Shown here one piece after another: positions 1 through 8,018 of a stretch of DNA of 38,431 bases (position 1 is the first letter of the stretch; the number at the start of each line of letters is the position of its first letter). Source of the DNA: Acidimicrobiales bacterium (GTDB lineage Bacteria; Actinomycetota; Acidimicrobiia; Acidimicrobiales; SZUA-35); contig JBFHEP010000003.1 of the NCBI GenBank assembly GCA_041584095.1, positions 1-38,431 on the forward strand, read 5' to 3'. A model generated the notes under the pieces. The model made no database searches. It had not been told where the DNA came from and saw nothing but the letters and a program-made list of their open reading frames with translations. The translations under genes and the position numbers were made by a program.

Positions 1-2
1 AC

Positions 3-491
3 CTGGTTCCCCAACGGGTGACGATACTGGGCGGCGCCACGACGGTGATCGAATCCGCAATCGACGCTTCCGCGGCCGGCAATCCGTCCGTGTCGATCGA
101 ACGGGTGCTGCCCGAACTCCCGGAGCCGGTCACCGGACCCACCGCAAACGCCCCGCTGGGAACGATCATCGGCGCCCGATCCGGCGACAAGGGCGGCAAC
201 GCCAATCTCGGGCTCTTCGCCCGTTCGCCGGCCGCCTACGTGTGGCTGGCTGAGGAGATGACCACCGAGCGGCTGTGGCAGCTGCTTCCCGAGACCGCCG
301 GGCTCGAGATCGAACGTCATGAGCTGCCGAACATCTGGTCGCTGAACTTCCTGATCCACGGGATCCTCCAAGAGGGGGTGGCCGCCTCCACCCGCGTCGA
401 CGGGCAGGCCAAGAGCCTGGGGGAGTGGGTTCGGGCTCGGTTGTTTGACATCCCGGTCGAGCTGTTGGCCGCCGAAGCGGAGGCGTCGTGA
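3..491 (+). CDS. Acyclic terpene utilization AtuA-family (DUF1446) protein, C-terminal part; 5' end lies outside the window
   Basis: Frame is open from the window edge. Contains GARSGDKGGNANLG, HELPNIWSLNF and GVAASTRVDGQAKSLGEW, typical of the AtuA C-terminal domain. Stop overlaps the next GTG (GTGA). Confidence 0.85.
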   Translation: MVPQRVTILGGATTVIESAIDASAAGNPSVSIERVLPELPEPVTGPTANAPLGTIIGARSGDKGGNANLGLFARSPAAYVWLAEEMTTERLWQLLPETAGLEIERHELPNIWSLNFLIHGILQEGVAASTRVDGQAKSLGEWVRARLFDIPVELLAAEAEAS

Positions 492-1195
492 GCGCCACCC
501 GACCACCGGCGGGCGGAACATCCACGGCCTCCGCTGTCATCGATGTGATGCGGGCCGTCACGCCGCCCCGTCCGGTGATGACGCGGCAGCGTGAGGCGGC
601 GTTGACCGATCGGCAGCGGGAGATCCTGGACGAGTTGGGTCGAATGGTTTCAGCCGACGGATTCATCAACCTCACGATGGCCGACCTGGCCGCCCGTCTG
701 AACTGCTCGCTGCGCACGTTGTACCTCCTGGCCGGAAGCCGCAATGAACTCGTCGTGATGGTGATCGACCGAGTGCTGCGCTCCCACGGACGAGCCGCCC
801 ACAGCGCCGTGACCGAGGACATGTCGGCGCTCGAGGCTCTTCGGGCCTATCTACACGCCGCAAACAACGCCGTCAGCTCGGTGACGCCCGAGTTCGCCGC
901 CGACATGGCGGCCATCGAGGAGGGCGTTGCACTCAACGAGGCTCACAGCAACTACCTGATCGACGTCACGGAGGCACTGCTCGACCTGGCAATCGAGCGA
1001 GGGGAGATCGAGCCGGCCGCCAATGGCGCATCGTCCACGTCGGTCGATACCGCAGCGCTGGCCCGAATGCTGGGAGGTTTGGGGCGCGACTTCGCCCGGC
1101 CCGAGGCGCTCGGGCGCCTCGATCATTCCCCGGCCCGGTCGGCGAATGCCATGGTCGACCTCGTCCTCGACGGTCTTCGAAGGAGCACGGTATGA
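488..1195 (+). CDS. TetR/AcrR-family transcriptional regulator
   Basis: HTH segment DGFINLTMADLAARLNCSLRTLYLLAGSRNELV followed by a helical ligand domain; 4-nt overlaps with both neighbours. Confidence 0.85.
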   Translation: MSATRPPAGGTSTASAVIDVMRAVTPPRPVMTRQREAALTDRQREILDELGRMVSADGFINLTMADLAARLNCSLRTLYLLAGSRNELVVMVIDRVLRSHGRAAHSAVTEDMSALEALRAYLHAANNAVSSVTPEFAADMAAIEEGVALNEAHSNYLIDVTEALLDLAIERGEIEPAANGASSTSVDTAALARMLGGLGRDFARPEALGRLDHSPARSANAMVDLVLDGLRRSTV

Positions 1196-2010
1196 GCGAT
1201 CGGAACTGCGTGGAGATGGAGATCGAGGGAGGCGTCTGCACGATCACGCTCGTCGACACCGAACGCCGGAATGCATTGAGTCACGCCCTGGTCACCCAGC
1301 TCAACGCCGCCATCGACGCCGCCGAGGCCGACGACTCCGTTCGGGTCATCGTGTTGACCAACGATGGCCGCGTCTTCTGCGCCGGCGCCGATCTGAGCCA
1401 CCGCTCGGAGGAGAACGCTGTCGGTCGGACGGCGGGAGCGTCGTCGATCGATAACACCGACTCGGTTGGCCTCTTCCGCCGCTTCGGGCAGTCGGCCAAA
1501 CCGTTCGTCGGCCGGATCGCCGGGCATTGTGTGGCCGGCGGAATGGGCCTCGCAGCGGCGATGGACATCTCGGTGGCGATCGACGACGTGATAATGGGGT
1601 TCACCGAGGTACGAATTGGGGTGGCGCCGGCCATGATCTCCGTCCTGTGCCTCCCGAAGATGCGGGCCGCCGACGCGGCCGATGCCATCCTGCGAGGTCG
1701 ACGGTTTCCCGCCTCGGAGGCCGCCGCCATGGGGTTGATCAACTGGGCGGTTCCCGCCGCCGAGCTCGATGCCACGGTCGGTGAGGTGGTGCAGGATCTG
1801 CTCGCCGGTGGACCCGGTGCCCTCACAGCCTCGAAACAGCTCTTGGCCCGAGTGCCGGCCATGACCGTTGATGATGCATTCGACTGGACCAGCCGGCTGT
1901 CGGGAGCGCTGTTCCGCTCAGACGAGGCCGCCGAGGGCATGTCCGCCTATCTGGAGAAGCGCCAGGCGGCCTGGATTCCGAGCGACCGAACACCAACGGG
2001 CGGGAACTGA
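1192..2010 (+). CDS. Enoyl-CoA hydratase/crotonase, methylglutaconyl-CoA hydratase (LiuC/AtuE)-like
   Basis: RRNALS, VFCAGADL, GHCVAGGMGL, FTEVRIG, A(S)EAAAMGLIN and SDEAAEGMSAYLEKR motifs. Gly at the first catalytic-Glu position, as in LiuC/AtuE-type enzymes. Confidence 0.9.
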   Translation: MSDRNCVEMEIEGGVCTITLVDTERRNALSHALVTQLNAAIDAAEADDSVRVIVLTNDGRVFCAGADLSHRSEENAVGRTAGASSIDNTDSVGLFRRFGQSAKPFVGRIAGHCVAGGMGLAAAMDISVAIDDVIMGFTEVRIGVAPAMISVLCLPKMRAADAADAILRGRRFPASEAAAMGLINWAVPAAELDATVGEVVQDLLAGGPGALTASKQLLARVPAMTVDDAFDWTSRLSGALFRSDEAAEGMSAYLEKRQAAWIPSDRTPTGGN

Positions 2011-2030
2011 GGAGGCAACGGAGGAGAACC

Positions 2031-3311
2031 ATGGATTTCGACTTTCCGCCCGATGACGACCCTCGCAGGCTGGCTGTCCGGGAGTGGCGCGACGCCAACC
2101 CGGAGCCGACCCAGCAGGATCTCGCCGACGCCGGCTATGTCGTGCCCCACTGGCCCGAACCGTGGGGCCTCAACGCCGATCCGGTGCACCAGGTGATCAT
2201 CGCCCAGGAGCTCGAGGGGCTCAGAATCAAACGGACTTCGGACGAGATGGCCAGCAACGCCATCGGGATCGGCTGGGCCGCCCCGACGATCCTGCTGGCC
2301 GGAACCGAGGAACAGAAGCAGCGTTACCTGCCCAAGATCTTCAATCACTCCGAGATCTGGTGTCAGCTGTTCTCCGAACCCGAGGCCGGATCGGATCTGG
2401 CCAACCTCGCCACCAGGGCCGAGCGCGACGGCGACGAGTACGTGGTCAACGGGTCCAAGATCTGGTCGAGTGGAGCTCACAGGTCGCATATGGGCATCCT
2501 CATCACCCGCACCGATCCGCATGCGCCGAAACACAGGGGCATCTCCTACTTCGCCTGTCCCATGGACACCCCGGGCATCAGCCTGTCGCCGATCATCGAC
2601 ATGGCCACCGCCCACTCGTTCAACCAGGTGTTCTTCGACAACGTCCGGCTCCACGAGTCCCACCGCATCGGGGCCGAAGGCGATGGCTGGCGGCTGGCCA
2701 AGGTGACGCTGGCCAACGAACGGGTGTCGCTGTCGTCGGCCGGGTCGTTGTGGGGCGAAGGCCCGTCCGCCGACACGTTGCTTGACCTGGTGCGCCGGGG
2801 TCCACAGGTCACCGATCCGGTCATCCGGCAACGTCTCGCCCGCCTCCACTGCGACGCCGAGGTGCTCCGCCTGAACCGGCTGCGTACCCTGAGTGCCAAG
2901 CTCCAGGGTCGAACGCCGGGAGCCGAGGCGTCGATCCAGAAGCTGATGGCCGATGAACACGGCCAGGAGGTCATGGAGCTGGCCAAGGACCTGCAGGGGG
3001 CCGACGGCATGCTCGAGGGCTCGGGACCGGCCGGTCAGGTGCCGGTGGGGGAGCAGAGCGGGATCACCGAGATCAACTTCGGCCGTGGCGCCGACAGTCA
3101 GTTCCCTCCGGTCGATCCGATCTGGCACTATGGCTACCTCGTGTCCCCGGCCCTCACCCTCGGCGGCGGGACCTGGGCCATCCAACGCAACATCGTGGCC
3201 GAGCAGGTGCTCGGTCTGCCCCGGGAACCCAACGTGCAGCAGGGCATGACGTGGGCCGAAACACAGGCCGCCTACCGACAAGGCCGCAATCGGCTCGAGG
3301 AGCAATCATGA
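2031..3311 (+). CDS. Acyl-CoA dehydrogenase family protein (actinobacterial FadE type)
   Basis: WCQLFSEPEAGSDLA, VNGSKIWSS, FNQVFFDNV, TLANER and GGGTWAIQRNIVAEQVLGLPREP motifs; GGAG RBS upstream. Confidence 0.93.
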   Translation: MDFDFPPDDDPRRLAVREWRDANPEPTQQDLADAGYVVPHWPEPWGLNADPVHQVIIAQELEGLRIKRTSDEMASNAIGIGWAAPTILLAGTEEQKQRYLPKIFNHSEIWCQLFSEPEAGSDLANLATRAERDGDEYVVNGSKIWSSGAHRSHMGILITRTDPHAPKHRGISYFACPMDTPGISLSPIIDMATAHSFNQVFFDNVRLHESHRIGAEGDGWRLAKVTLANERVSLSSAGSLWGEGPSADTLLDLVRRGPQVTDPVIRQRLARLHCDAEVLRLNRLRTLSAKLQGRTPGAEASIQKLMADEHGQEVMELAKDLQGADGMLEGSGPAGQVPVGEQSGITEINFGRGADSQFPPVDPIWHYGYLVSPALTLGGGTWAIQRNIVAEQVLGLPREPNVQQGMTWAETQAAYRQGRNRLEEQS

Positions 3312-4453
3312 AAACCAGTGTCACCGAGATGTTCGACATCGAATTCCCCATCCTGGCATTCAGCCACTGCCGGGATGTGGTGGCCGCCGTCTCCAAGGCC
3401 GGCGGTATGGGGGTGTTGGGCGCTGTGGCCCACTCCCCCGAGGAACTGGAAACCGACCTGGGCTGGATCGAGAACGAGATCGGCGATCGTCCCTATGGGG
3501 TCGACCTGATCGTCCCGGCCAAGTACGCCGGCGACGACGGCGGTGGATTCACCCTGGACGACATCCGAAGGCTGATTCCGTCGCAACACCAGGAGTTCGT
3601 CGAGGACATCCTGGCCCGGTACGAGGTGCCCGATCTGCCCGACGACGAGACGCCTCGGGCCAACACCGAGATCACCGGCTCAAGCGACGACGCTCCGTTC
3701 TCGGCCAACGCCGCAGGACCGCAACTCGACATCGCGCTGGCTCACGACACGGTGTTCGTGGCCAACGCGCTCGGCCCACCGCCGCAGTTCCTGATCGACC
3801 GGTGCAAGGAGGAGGGCCGCCTGGTCGGCGCGCTGGCCGGCCGGCCGTCGCACGCGGAGCGACATCAGAACGCCGGTGTCGATCTGATCATCGCCCAGGG
3901 GTACGAGGCCGGCGGCCATACCGGCGAGATCGGCTCCATGGTCCTCATCCCCGAGATCGTCGACGCGGTCGACCTACCGGTGCTGGGAGCGGGCGGGATC
4001 GGCCGAGGTCGCCAGATGGCCGCCGCCATGGCGCTCGGCGCGCACGGTGTGTGGTGCGGTTCGGTCTGGCTCACCACCGACGAGGCCGAAACCCATCCAG
4101 TGGTGAAGGAGAAGTTCTTGTCCGCCTCGTCGGCCGACACGATCCGCTCCCGGTCGCTCACCGGGAAGCACGCTCGGATGCTGCGTTCGGCCTGGACCGA
4201 CGAGTGGGAGCGGGAGGACACCCCCGATCCGCTCGGTATGCCGATGCAGCCGGTGCTGACCGCCCGGGCGCAACGCCGGATCGCCCGGGCCGCCCACACC
4301 AGGGGTTCCGGGGCCGAGAAGCTGGCCAACTATTTTGTTGGACAGATCGTCGGAACCATGAACCAGCGCAAGACTTCGGCCCAAGTCGTGTTCGAGATGG
4401 TCGAGGAGTTCATCGAGGCGGTCGAGGGCCTGCAGGCCCAGTTGGAGACCTGA
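3308..4453 (+). CDS. Nitronate monooxygenase / FabK-like flavin oxidoreductase
   Basis: FSHCRDVVAAVSKAGGMGVLG, AQGYEAGGHTGEIG and GAGGIGRGRQMAAAMALGA motifs. Start re-called to ATG 3308, which makes an ATGA overlap with the upstream stop. Confidence 0.9.
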   Translation: MKTSVTEMFDIEFPILAFSHCRDVVAAVSKAGGMGVLGAVAHSPEELETDLGWIENEIGDRPYGVDLIVPAKYAGDDGGGFTLDDIRRLIPSQHQEFVEDILARYEVPDLPDDETPRANTEITGSSDDAPFSANAAGPQLDIALAHDTVFVANALGPPPQFLIDRCKEEGRLVGALAGRPSHAERHQNAGVDLIIAQGYEAGGHTGEIGSMVLIPEIVDAVDLPVLGAGGIGRGRQMAAAMALGAHGVWCGSVWLTTDEAETHPVVKEKFLSASSADTIRSRSLTGKHARMLRSAWTDEWEREDTPDPLGMPMQPVLTARAQRRIARAAHTRGSGAEKLANYFVGQIVGTMNQRKTSAQVVFEMVEEFIEAVEGLQAQLET

Positions 4454-4487
4454 CGATCCGGGGTGCACGGGGTGCCCGCCGCCGTGA

Positions 4488-5510
4488 TTACCAGCTGACC
4501 TCTTCGCAGCCGAGGTGGCTCTCGGGTTCGACCTGAAGCGTGGCGTGCTCGATCCCGTAGGTCCCTGACAAGAGATCTCGAGCCTGATCGAGGACGCTGT
4601 GGAGATCGCTGTCGTCGCTCGTCTTCAGATGAGCCGACGCCGCCTCCATCTCCGAGGTGAGCGTCCACACGTGGAGGTCATGGACATCGAGGACACCACC
4701 GATGGCGCCGAGATCGCTCTTGAGCCGATCGAGGCTGATGTGTTTGGGGGCAGCCTGGAGCAGGATCCGAACGGCATTGCGACCGAGACGCCAGGTGCGG
4801 GGCAGGATCCAGAGGCCGATGAGGGCGGCGATCACCGGATCGGCCCAGCCCCAGTCGAGGAAACGCATGAGGAGGGCTGCGATGATCACGCCGACCGAGC
4901 CCACCATGTCGGCCAGCACCTCGAGGTAGGCGCCTTCCACGTTTATGGATTCCCGAGCGCCCTCGCGCAGCAGCCAGAACGCCACGAAGTTGGCCACCAG
5001 CCCGACGATGGCCACGATCAGCATTGGACCGTCGAGCACGGCGGGATCGGAACGGAGACGACCAACCGCCTCGACCAGAACCCAGATCGCCACCGCGAAC
5101 AGCAGGAGCGCATTGACGAACGCAGCCAGGATCTCCAGCCGGTACAAACCGAATGTATGGCTCGTGGCCGCGCCGGCGTTTCGCTCGAAGCGATCGGCCA
5201 GCTGGATGGCGGCGAGCGCCATTCCGAGTCCGATGACGTCGGTGAGCATGTGGCCGGCGTCGGACAGCAGAGCCAGTGAGTTCGTCAACCAGCCGGTGAC
5301 GGCTTCAACGACAAAGAACACGAACGTGACGGTGAACGCGATCTTGAGCCGGCCGAGGTGACGGGCACCGGCCCGCAAACTCGGGGCATGGCTGTGGCCG
5401 TGGCCGTGGCCGTGGCCCTGGCTGTGGTCGTGGCCCTGGCTGTGGTCGTGGCCCTGGCTGTGGTCGTGGCCCTGGTCCTGGTCCTGAGGAGCTGACGATT
5501 CGGAGGCGAT
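4488..5510 (-). CDS. Cation diffusion facilitator (CzcD/ZitB-like Zn/Co/Cd exporter) with His-rich N-terminus; start codon uncertain
   Basis: SLALLSDAGHMLTD, TFGLYRLEILAAFVN and VHDLHVWTLTS...HATLQVE motifs, six TM segments and an N-terminal (QGHDHS)n tract. The 5' extension to 5783 in the ORF track overlaps the fur gene. Confidence 0.92.
   Translation of the reverse strand: MASESSAPQDQDQGHDHSQGHDHSQGHDHSQGHGHGHGHSHAPSLRAGARHLGRLKIAFTVTFVFFVVEAVTGWLTNSLALLSDAGHMLTDVIGLGMALAAIQLADRFERNAGAATSHTFGLYRLEILAAFVNALLLFAVAIWVLVEAVGRLRSDPAVLDGPMLIVAIVGLVANFVAFWLLREGARESINVEGAYLEVLADMVGSVGVIIAALLMRFLDWGWADPVIAALIGLWILPRTWRLGRNAVRILLQAAPKHISLDRLKSDLGAIGGVLDVHDLHVWTLTSEMEAASAHLKTSDDSDLHSVLDQARDLLSGTYGIEHATLQVEPESHLGCEEVSW
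5413..5475. repeat. 18-bp tandem repeat (tggccctggctgtggtcg x3 plus a partial copy), next to a tggccg hexamer run, encoding (QGHDHS)3 GHGHGH
   Basis: Read directly: copies at 5413-5430, 5431-5448 and 5449-5466. Confidence 0.95.
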
Positions 5511-5533
5511 GGTTCCCAGTGTAGAAGCCGCTC

Positions 5534-6043
5534 TCAGCCGGTCTCGCAATCGTTGCAGAAGCCGTGGAGATCCAGACTGTGATGGCTGGGGGTGAATCCG
5601 GCGGCGGCGGCCGCACCGGCCAGCTCGGCGTCGACCAGCGCCTCGACGGCCTCGTCGAGATGGACGTCCTGCAGGGAACCGCAGCTCACGCAGACGAGAT
5701 GATGGTGGTGGTCGACGAGCGGCTCGGCCAGCTCGAAGTGGGCGTGGTCGGCGGTGCCGGCGATTCGGCTGATCACCCCGCACCGCTCGAGAATCTCGAG
5801 ATTGCGGTACGCCGAGCTCTGGGGCAGATCGTCGGCATGGTCGGCGAGCTGGGGGAGGGTTACGGGACGAGCAACCCGGGCCAGCGTTTCGACGAGGTGC
5901 CGGCGACCGCGGGTGTAGCGGTGGTCATGACGCTCCAACCGCCGGGCCACGGCAGCGTGGAGATCGTCGATCGTGGCTTCATCGGGGCCCGAATGCCGCC
6001 GGCTCGACGTCGAGCGACGGGACGGGCCGGTTGGCGCACCCAT
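5534..6043 (-). CDS. Fur-family metalloregulator, probably Zur-like
   Basis: SSAYRNLEILERCGVISRI helix, HHHHLVCVSCG and terminal GFCNDC (two CxxC). Start re-called to ATG 6043; context is a Zn-type ABC importer and a CDF. Confidence 0.9.
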   Translation of the reverse strand: MGAPTGPSRRSTSSRRHSGPDEATIDDLHAAVARRLERHDHRYTRGRRHLVETLARVARPVTLPQLADHADDLPQSSAYRNLEILERCGVISRIAGTADHAHFELAEPLVDHHHHLVCVSCGSLQDVHLDEAVEALVDAELAGAAAAAGFTPSHHSLDLHGFCNDCETG

Positions 6044-6049
6044 CGGATC

Positions 6050-6055
6050 AGCATA
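6050..6055 (-). promoter_or_regulatory. Putative -10 box (TATGCT) for a leaderless fur/zur transcript
   Basis: TAnnnT hexamer 6 nt upstream of ATG 6043; no Shine-Dalgarno. Confidence 0.55.
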
Positions 6056-6070
6056 TCTTGACCGGCATTG

Positions 6071-6093
6071 GTGCGAATGAGACTCATTCTCAC
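6071..6093. promoter_or_regulatory. Fur/Zur-type operator palindrome gtgcGAATGAG-A-CTCATTCtcac
   Basis: Perfect 7-1-7 inverted repeat at 6075-6089, extendable to 11-1-11 with one mismatch. The minus strand reads TGAGAATGAGTCTCA, similar to the TGAnAATnATTnTCA Fur/Zur consensus. It lies between the divergent genes and abuts a TAGGGT -10-like hexamer (6094-6099). Confidence 0.75.
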
Positions 6094-6124
6094 TAGGGTG
6101 ATTTCCGCTCCTCGTATGTACCGT

Positions 6125-7033
6125 ATGCCGACCGTGACCGCTCGTCTCACCGCATTCCTCGCTATCGTCCTCACCGCCTGCGGGCCGACCGGGTCGACCG
6201 ATGTGGCCGCAGTCGGAACCGGTACATCGGCCGGTGGTGTGCTGGTCACCACGAGCGTCTGGGCCGATGTCGTGGAGAACGCAACCTGTTCGTCTCCCGG
6301 CTCCTTCGAGCCGCTGATCCCGCCCGGCGCAGACCCTCACGAGTACCAGCCGTCGATCGCCGATGCAGAGGCCGTTCGTGGGGCGTCGGTGATCATCGCC
6401 AACGGCGGCGGGCTCGAGGAATCTCTGGAGAGCCTGGTCGAGCAGGCGGAATCCGACGGCGTCACGGTGATCCGACTCACCGAGGCGATCGGAGCAGACG
6501 GCGACGATCCACACCTCTGGCTCGACCCGATGCTCGTCATCGAGGCCACCCGGACCCTCGGCGATCCGATGGTGGGTGAGGGTGTGTACGATGCTGAAAT
6601 CGTCGACTGCATCAACCGCTACGTGGCGGAGCTCGAGGTTCTCCACGCGGAGCTCTCCCAGGCGGTCGCCACCCTCGACGAAGACCAGCGCAAGATCGTC
6701 ACCAACCACGACGCCCTCGGGCGGTTCGCCGACCGCTACGGCTTCGAGGTCGTCGGCACGGTCCTTCCGTCGACGTCGTCGATGGCCCAGCCCAACCCCG
6801 CAGACCTCGAAGCCCTCGGCGATCTCATCGCGGCGGAGGGTATTCCGGCCATTTTCACCGAGGGGGGCCACGAGGGCGAGGACGCCGAGGCGCTTGCCGA
6901 CCGGCTGGGGGTGGCCGCGGTTCGGCTGCAGACCGACGCCCTCGGCCCGGATGGTTCCGGTTTCGAAACCTATGTCGATCTGATGCGAACCAACACCGAC
7001 CTGATCGTCGCCGCGCTCGGCGACCGCGGCTAG
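6125..7033 (+). CDS. Metal (Zn/Mn) ABC transporter substrate-binding lipoprotein, ZnuA/TroA family
   Basis: Lipobox LTAC, DPHEY, DPHLWLDP and TNHDALG motifs; exact start uncertain (6116/6125/6134). Confidence 0.92.
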   Translation: MPTVTARLTAFLAIVLTACGPTGSTDVAAVGTGTSAGGVLVTTSVWADVVENATCSSPGSFEPLIPPGADPHEYQPSIADAEAVRGASVIIANGGGLEESLESLVEQAESDGVTVIRLTEAIGADGDDPHLWLDPMLVIEATRTLGDPMVGEGVYDAEIVDCINRYVAELEVLHAELSQAVATLDEDQRKIVTNHDALGRFADRYGFEVVGTVLPSTSSMAQPNPADLEALGDLIAAEGIPAIFTEGGHEGEDAEALADRLGVAAVRLQTDALGPDGSGFETYVDLMRTNTDLIVAALGDRG

Positions 7034-7036
7034 CCG

Positions 7037-7900
7037 ATGGCTCCGGTCACCGATCCCGTCGACTGGTGGATCTCACCGTTCACGACCCCGGTCATGCACC
7101 AGGCGCTGGTCGCCGGCCTCCTGGTGGTGCTCACAACGTCGGTGGTCGGCACCTGGGTGGTACTGCGGGGCATGAGTTTTCTCGGCGACGCGTTGGCTCA
7201 CGGCGTGCTTCCCGGCGTTGCGATCGCATTCATCATCGGTGTGAGCACGACGGCAGGTGCCTTGATGGCCGCACTCCTGATGGTCGGGGCCCTCACATTG
7301 CTCCGCGAACGGTCGCCGATGGCCGAGGACGTGTCGATCGGCGTACTCTTCGTCGGCTTTCTCGCCTCGGCCGTGGTCATTCTGTCGAGCGGCTCGGACC
7401 GGTACATCGGTGATCTCAACCGTTTTCTGTTCGGCTCGATTCTCGCCATCGACGGGATCGACTTGGCCCGTCAAGCCGCCGCCGCGGTGTTGGTGCTTGC
7501 CGGAGTCGTGGTCTTCCATCGCTCCTTCGTCACCCTGACCTTCGACCGCCAGCTGGCGCAACTGCTCGGCCTGCGCCCCCGTCTTGCCCACGCCGTTCTC
7601 CTGGTGCTGGTGATGATTGCCATCGTCGCCTCCTTCGAGGCCGTCGGGAACCTCCTCGTGTTCGCCTTCCTTGTCGCTCCACCGGCCACGGCGGCGCTCC
7701 TGGTGAAGCGAGTACCGGTGATCATGGCCGTCTCGGTGGTGATTGGCGCCGTCGCCGTGGTGTTCGGCCTCCTGATGGCCTACCACTACCGAACGGCCCC
7801 CGAAGCCACCATGGCCCTGGTCGCCGTCGTATTGTTCCTGGCGGTCGTCACGATCGGTGCGATTCGAGATCGGGCACCGGGCGGCGGACCGGCGGTCTAA
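7037..7900 (+). CDS. Metal ABC transporter permease, ZnuB/MntB family
   Basis: VVLRGMSFLGDALAHGVLPGVAIA, FLFGSIL and VGNLLVFAFLVAPPATA motifs; multi-TM. Confidence 0.93.
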   Translation: MAPVTDPVDWWISPFTTPVMHQALVAGLLVVLTTSVVGTWVVLRGMSFLGDALAHGVLPGVAIAFIIGVSTTAGALMAALLMVGALTLLRERSPMAEDVSIGVLFVGFLASAVVILSSGSDRYIGDLNRFLFGSILAIDGIDLARQAAAAVLVLAGVVVFHRSFVTLTFDRQLAQLLGLRPRLAHAVLLVLVMIAIVASFEAVGNLLVFAFLVAPPATAALLVKRVPVIMAVSVVIGAVAVVFGLLMAYHYRTAPEATMALVAVVLFLAVVTIGAIRDRAPGGGPAV

Positions 7901-7912
7901 CAGCCACTCAGC

Positions 7913-7962
7913 GGATCTGGCAGCGTTTTCGCGCGGGTGGTGTACGCGAACGCTGCCAATCC
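7913..7962. terminator. Long imperfect hairpin between convergent genes (terminator or REP-like element)
   Basis: Left arm ggatctggcagcgttttcgcg (7913-7933) pairs with cgcgaacgctgccaatcc (7945-7962). Confidence 0.55.
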
Positions 7963-8018
7963 GGATTGGTGGTTTGGCCGTAGCGGCTGGCCGCCGCTGA
8001 CATCGCCGAATCGGCGTC

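Noticed and set aside
1947-3305. Long antisense and alternate-frame ORFs (e.g. 1947-3305, 11791-13065, 18805-19908, 23569-24639, 28669-29859)
   Set aside because: Shadow ORFs expected in high-GC DNA; they overlap well-supported genes and have no motifs.
5388-5475. Tandem repeats as a CRISPR array
   Set aside because: No spacers, in-frame coding repeats, and no cas genes.
6044-6871. 445-aa ORF suggesting a long N-terminal extension on Fur
   Set aside because: The extension is antisense to the ZnuA-like gene; the Fur domain starts at ATG 6043 with its own -10 box.
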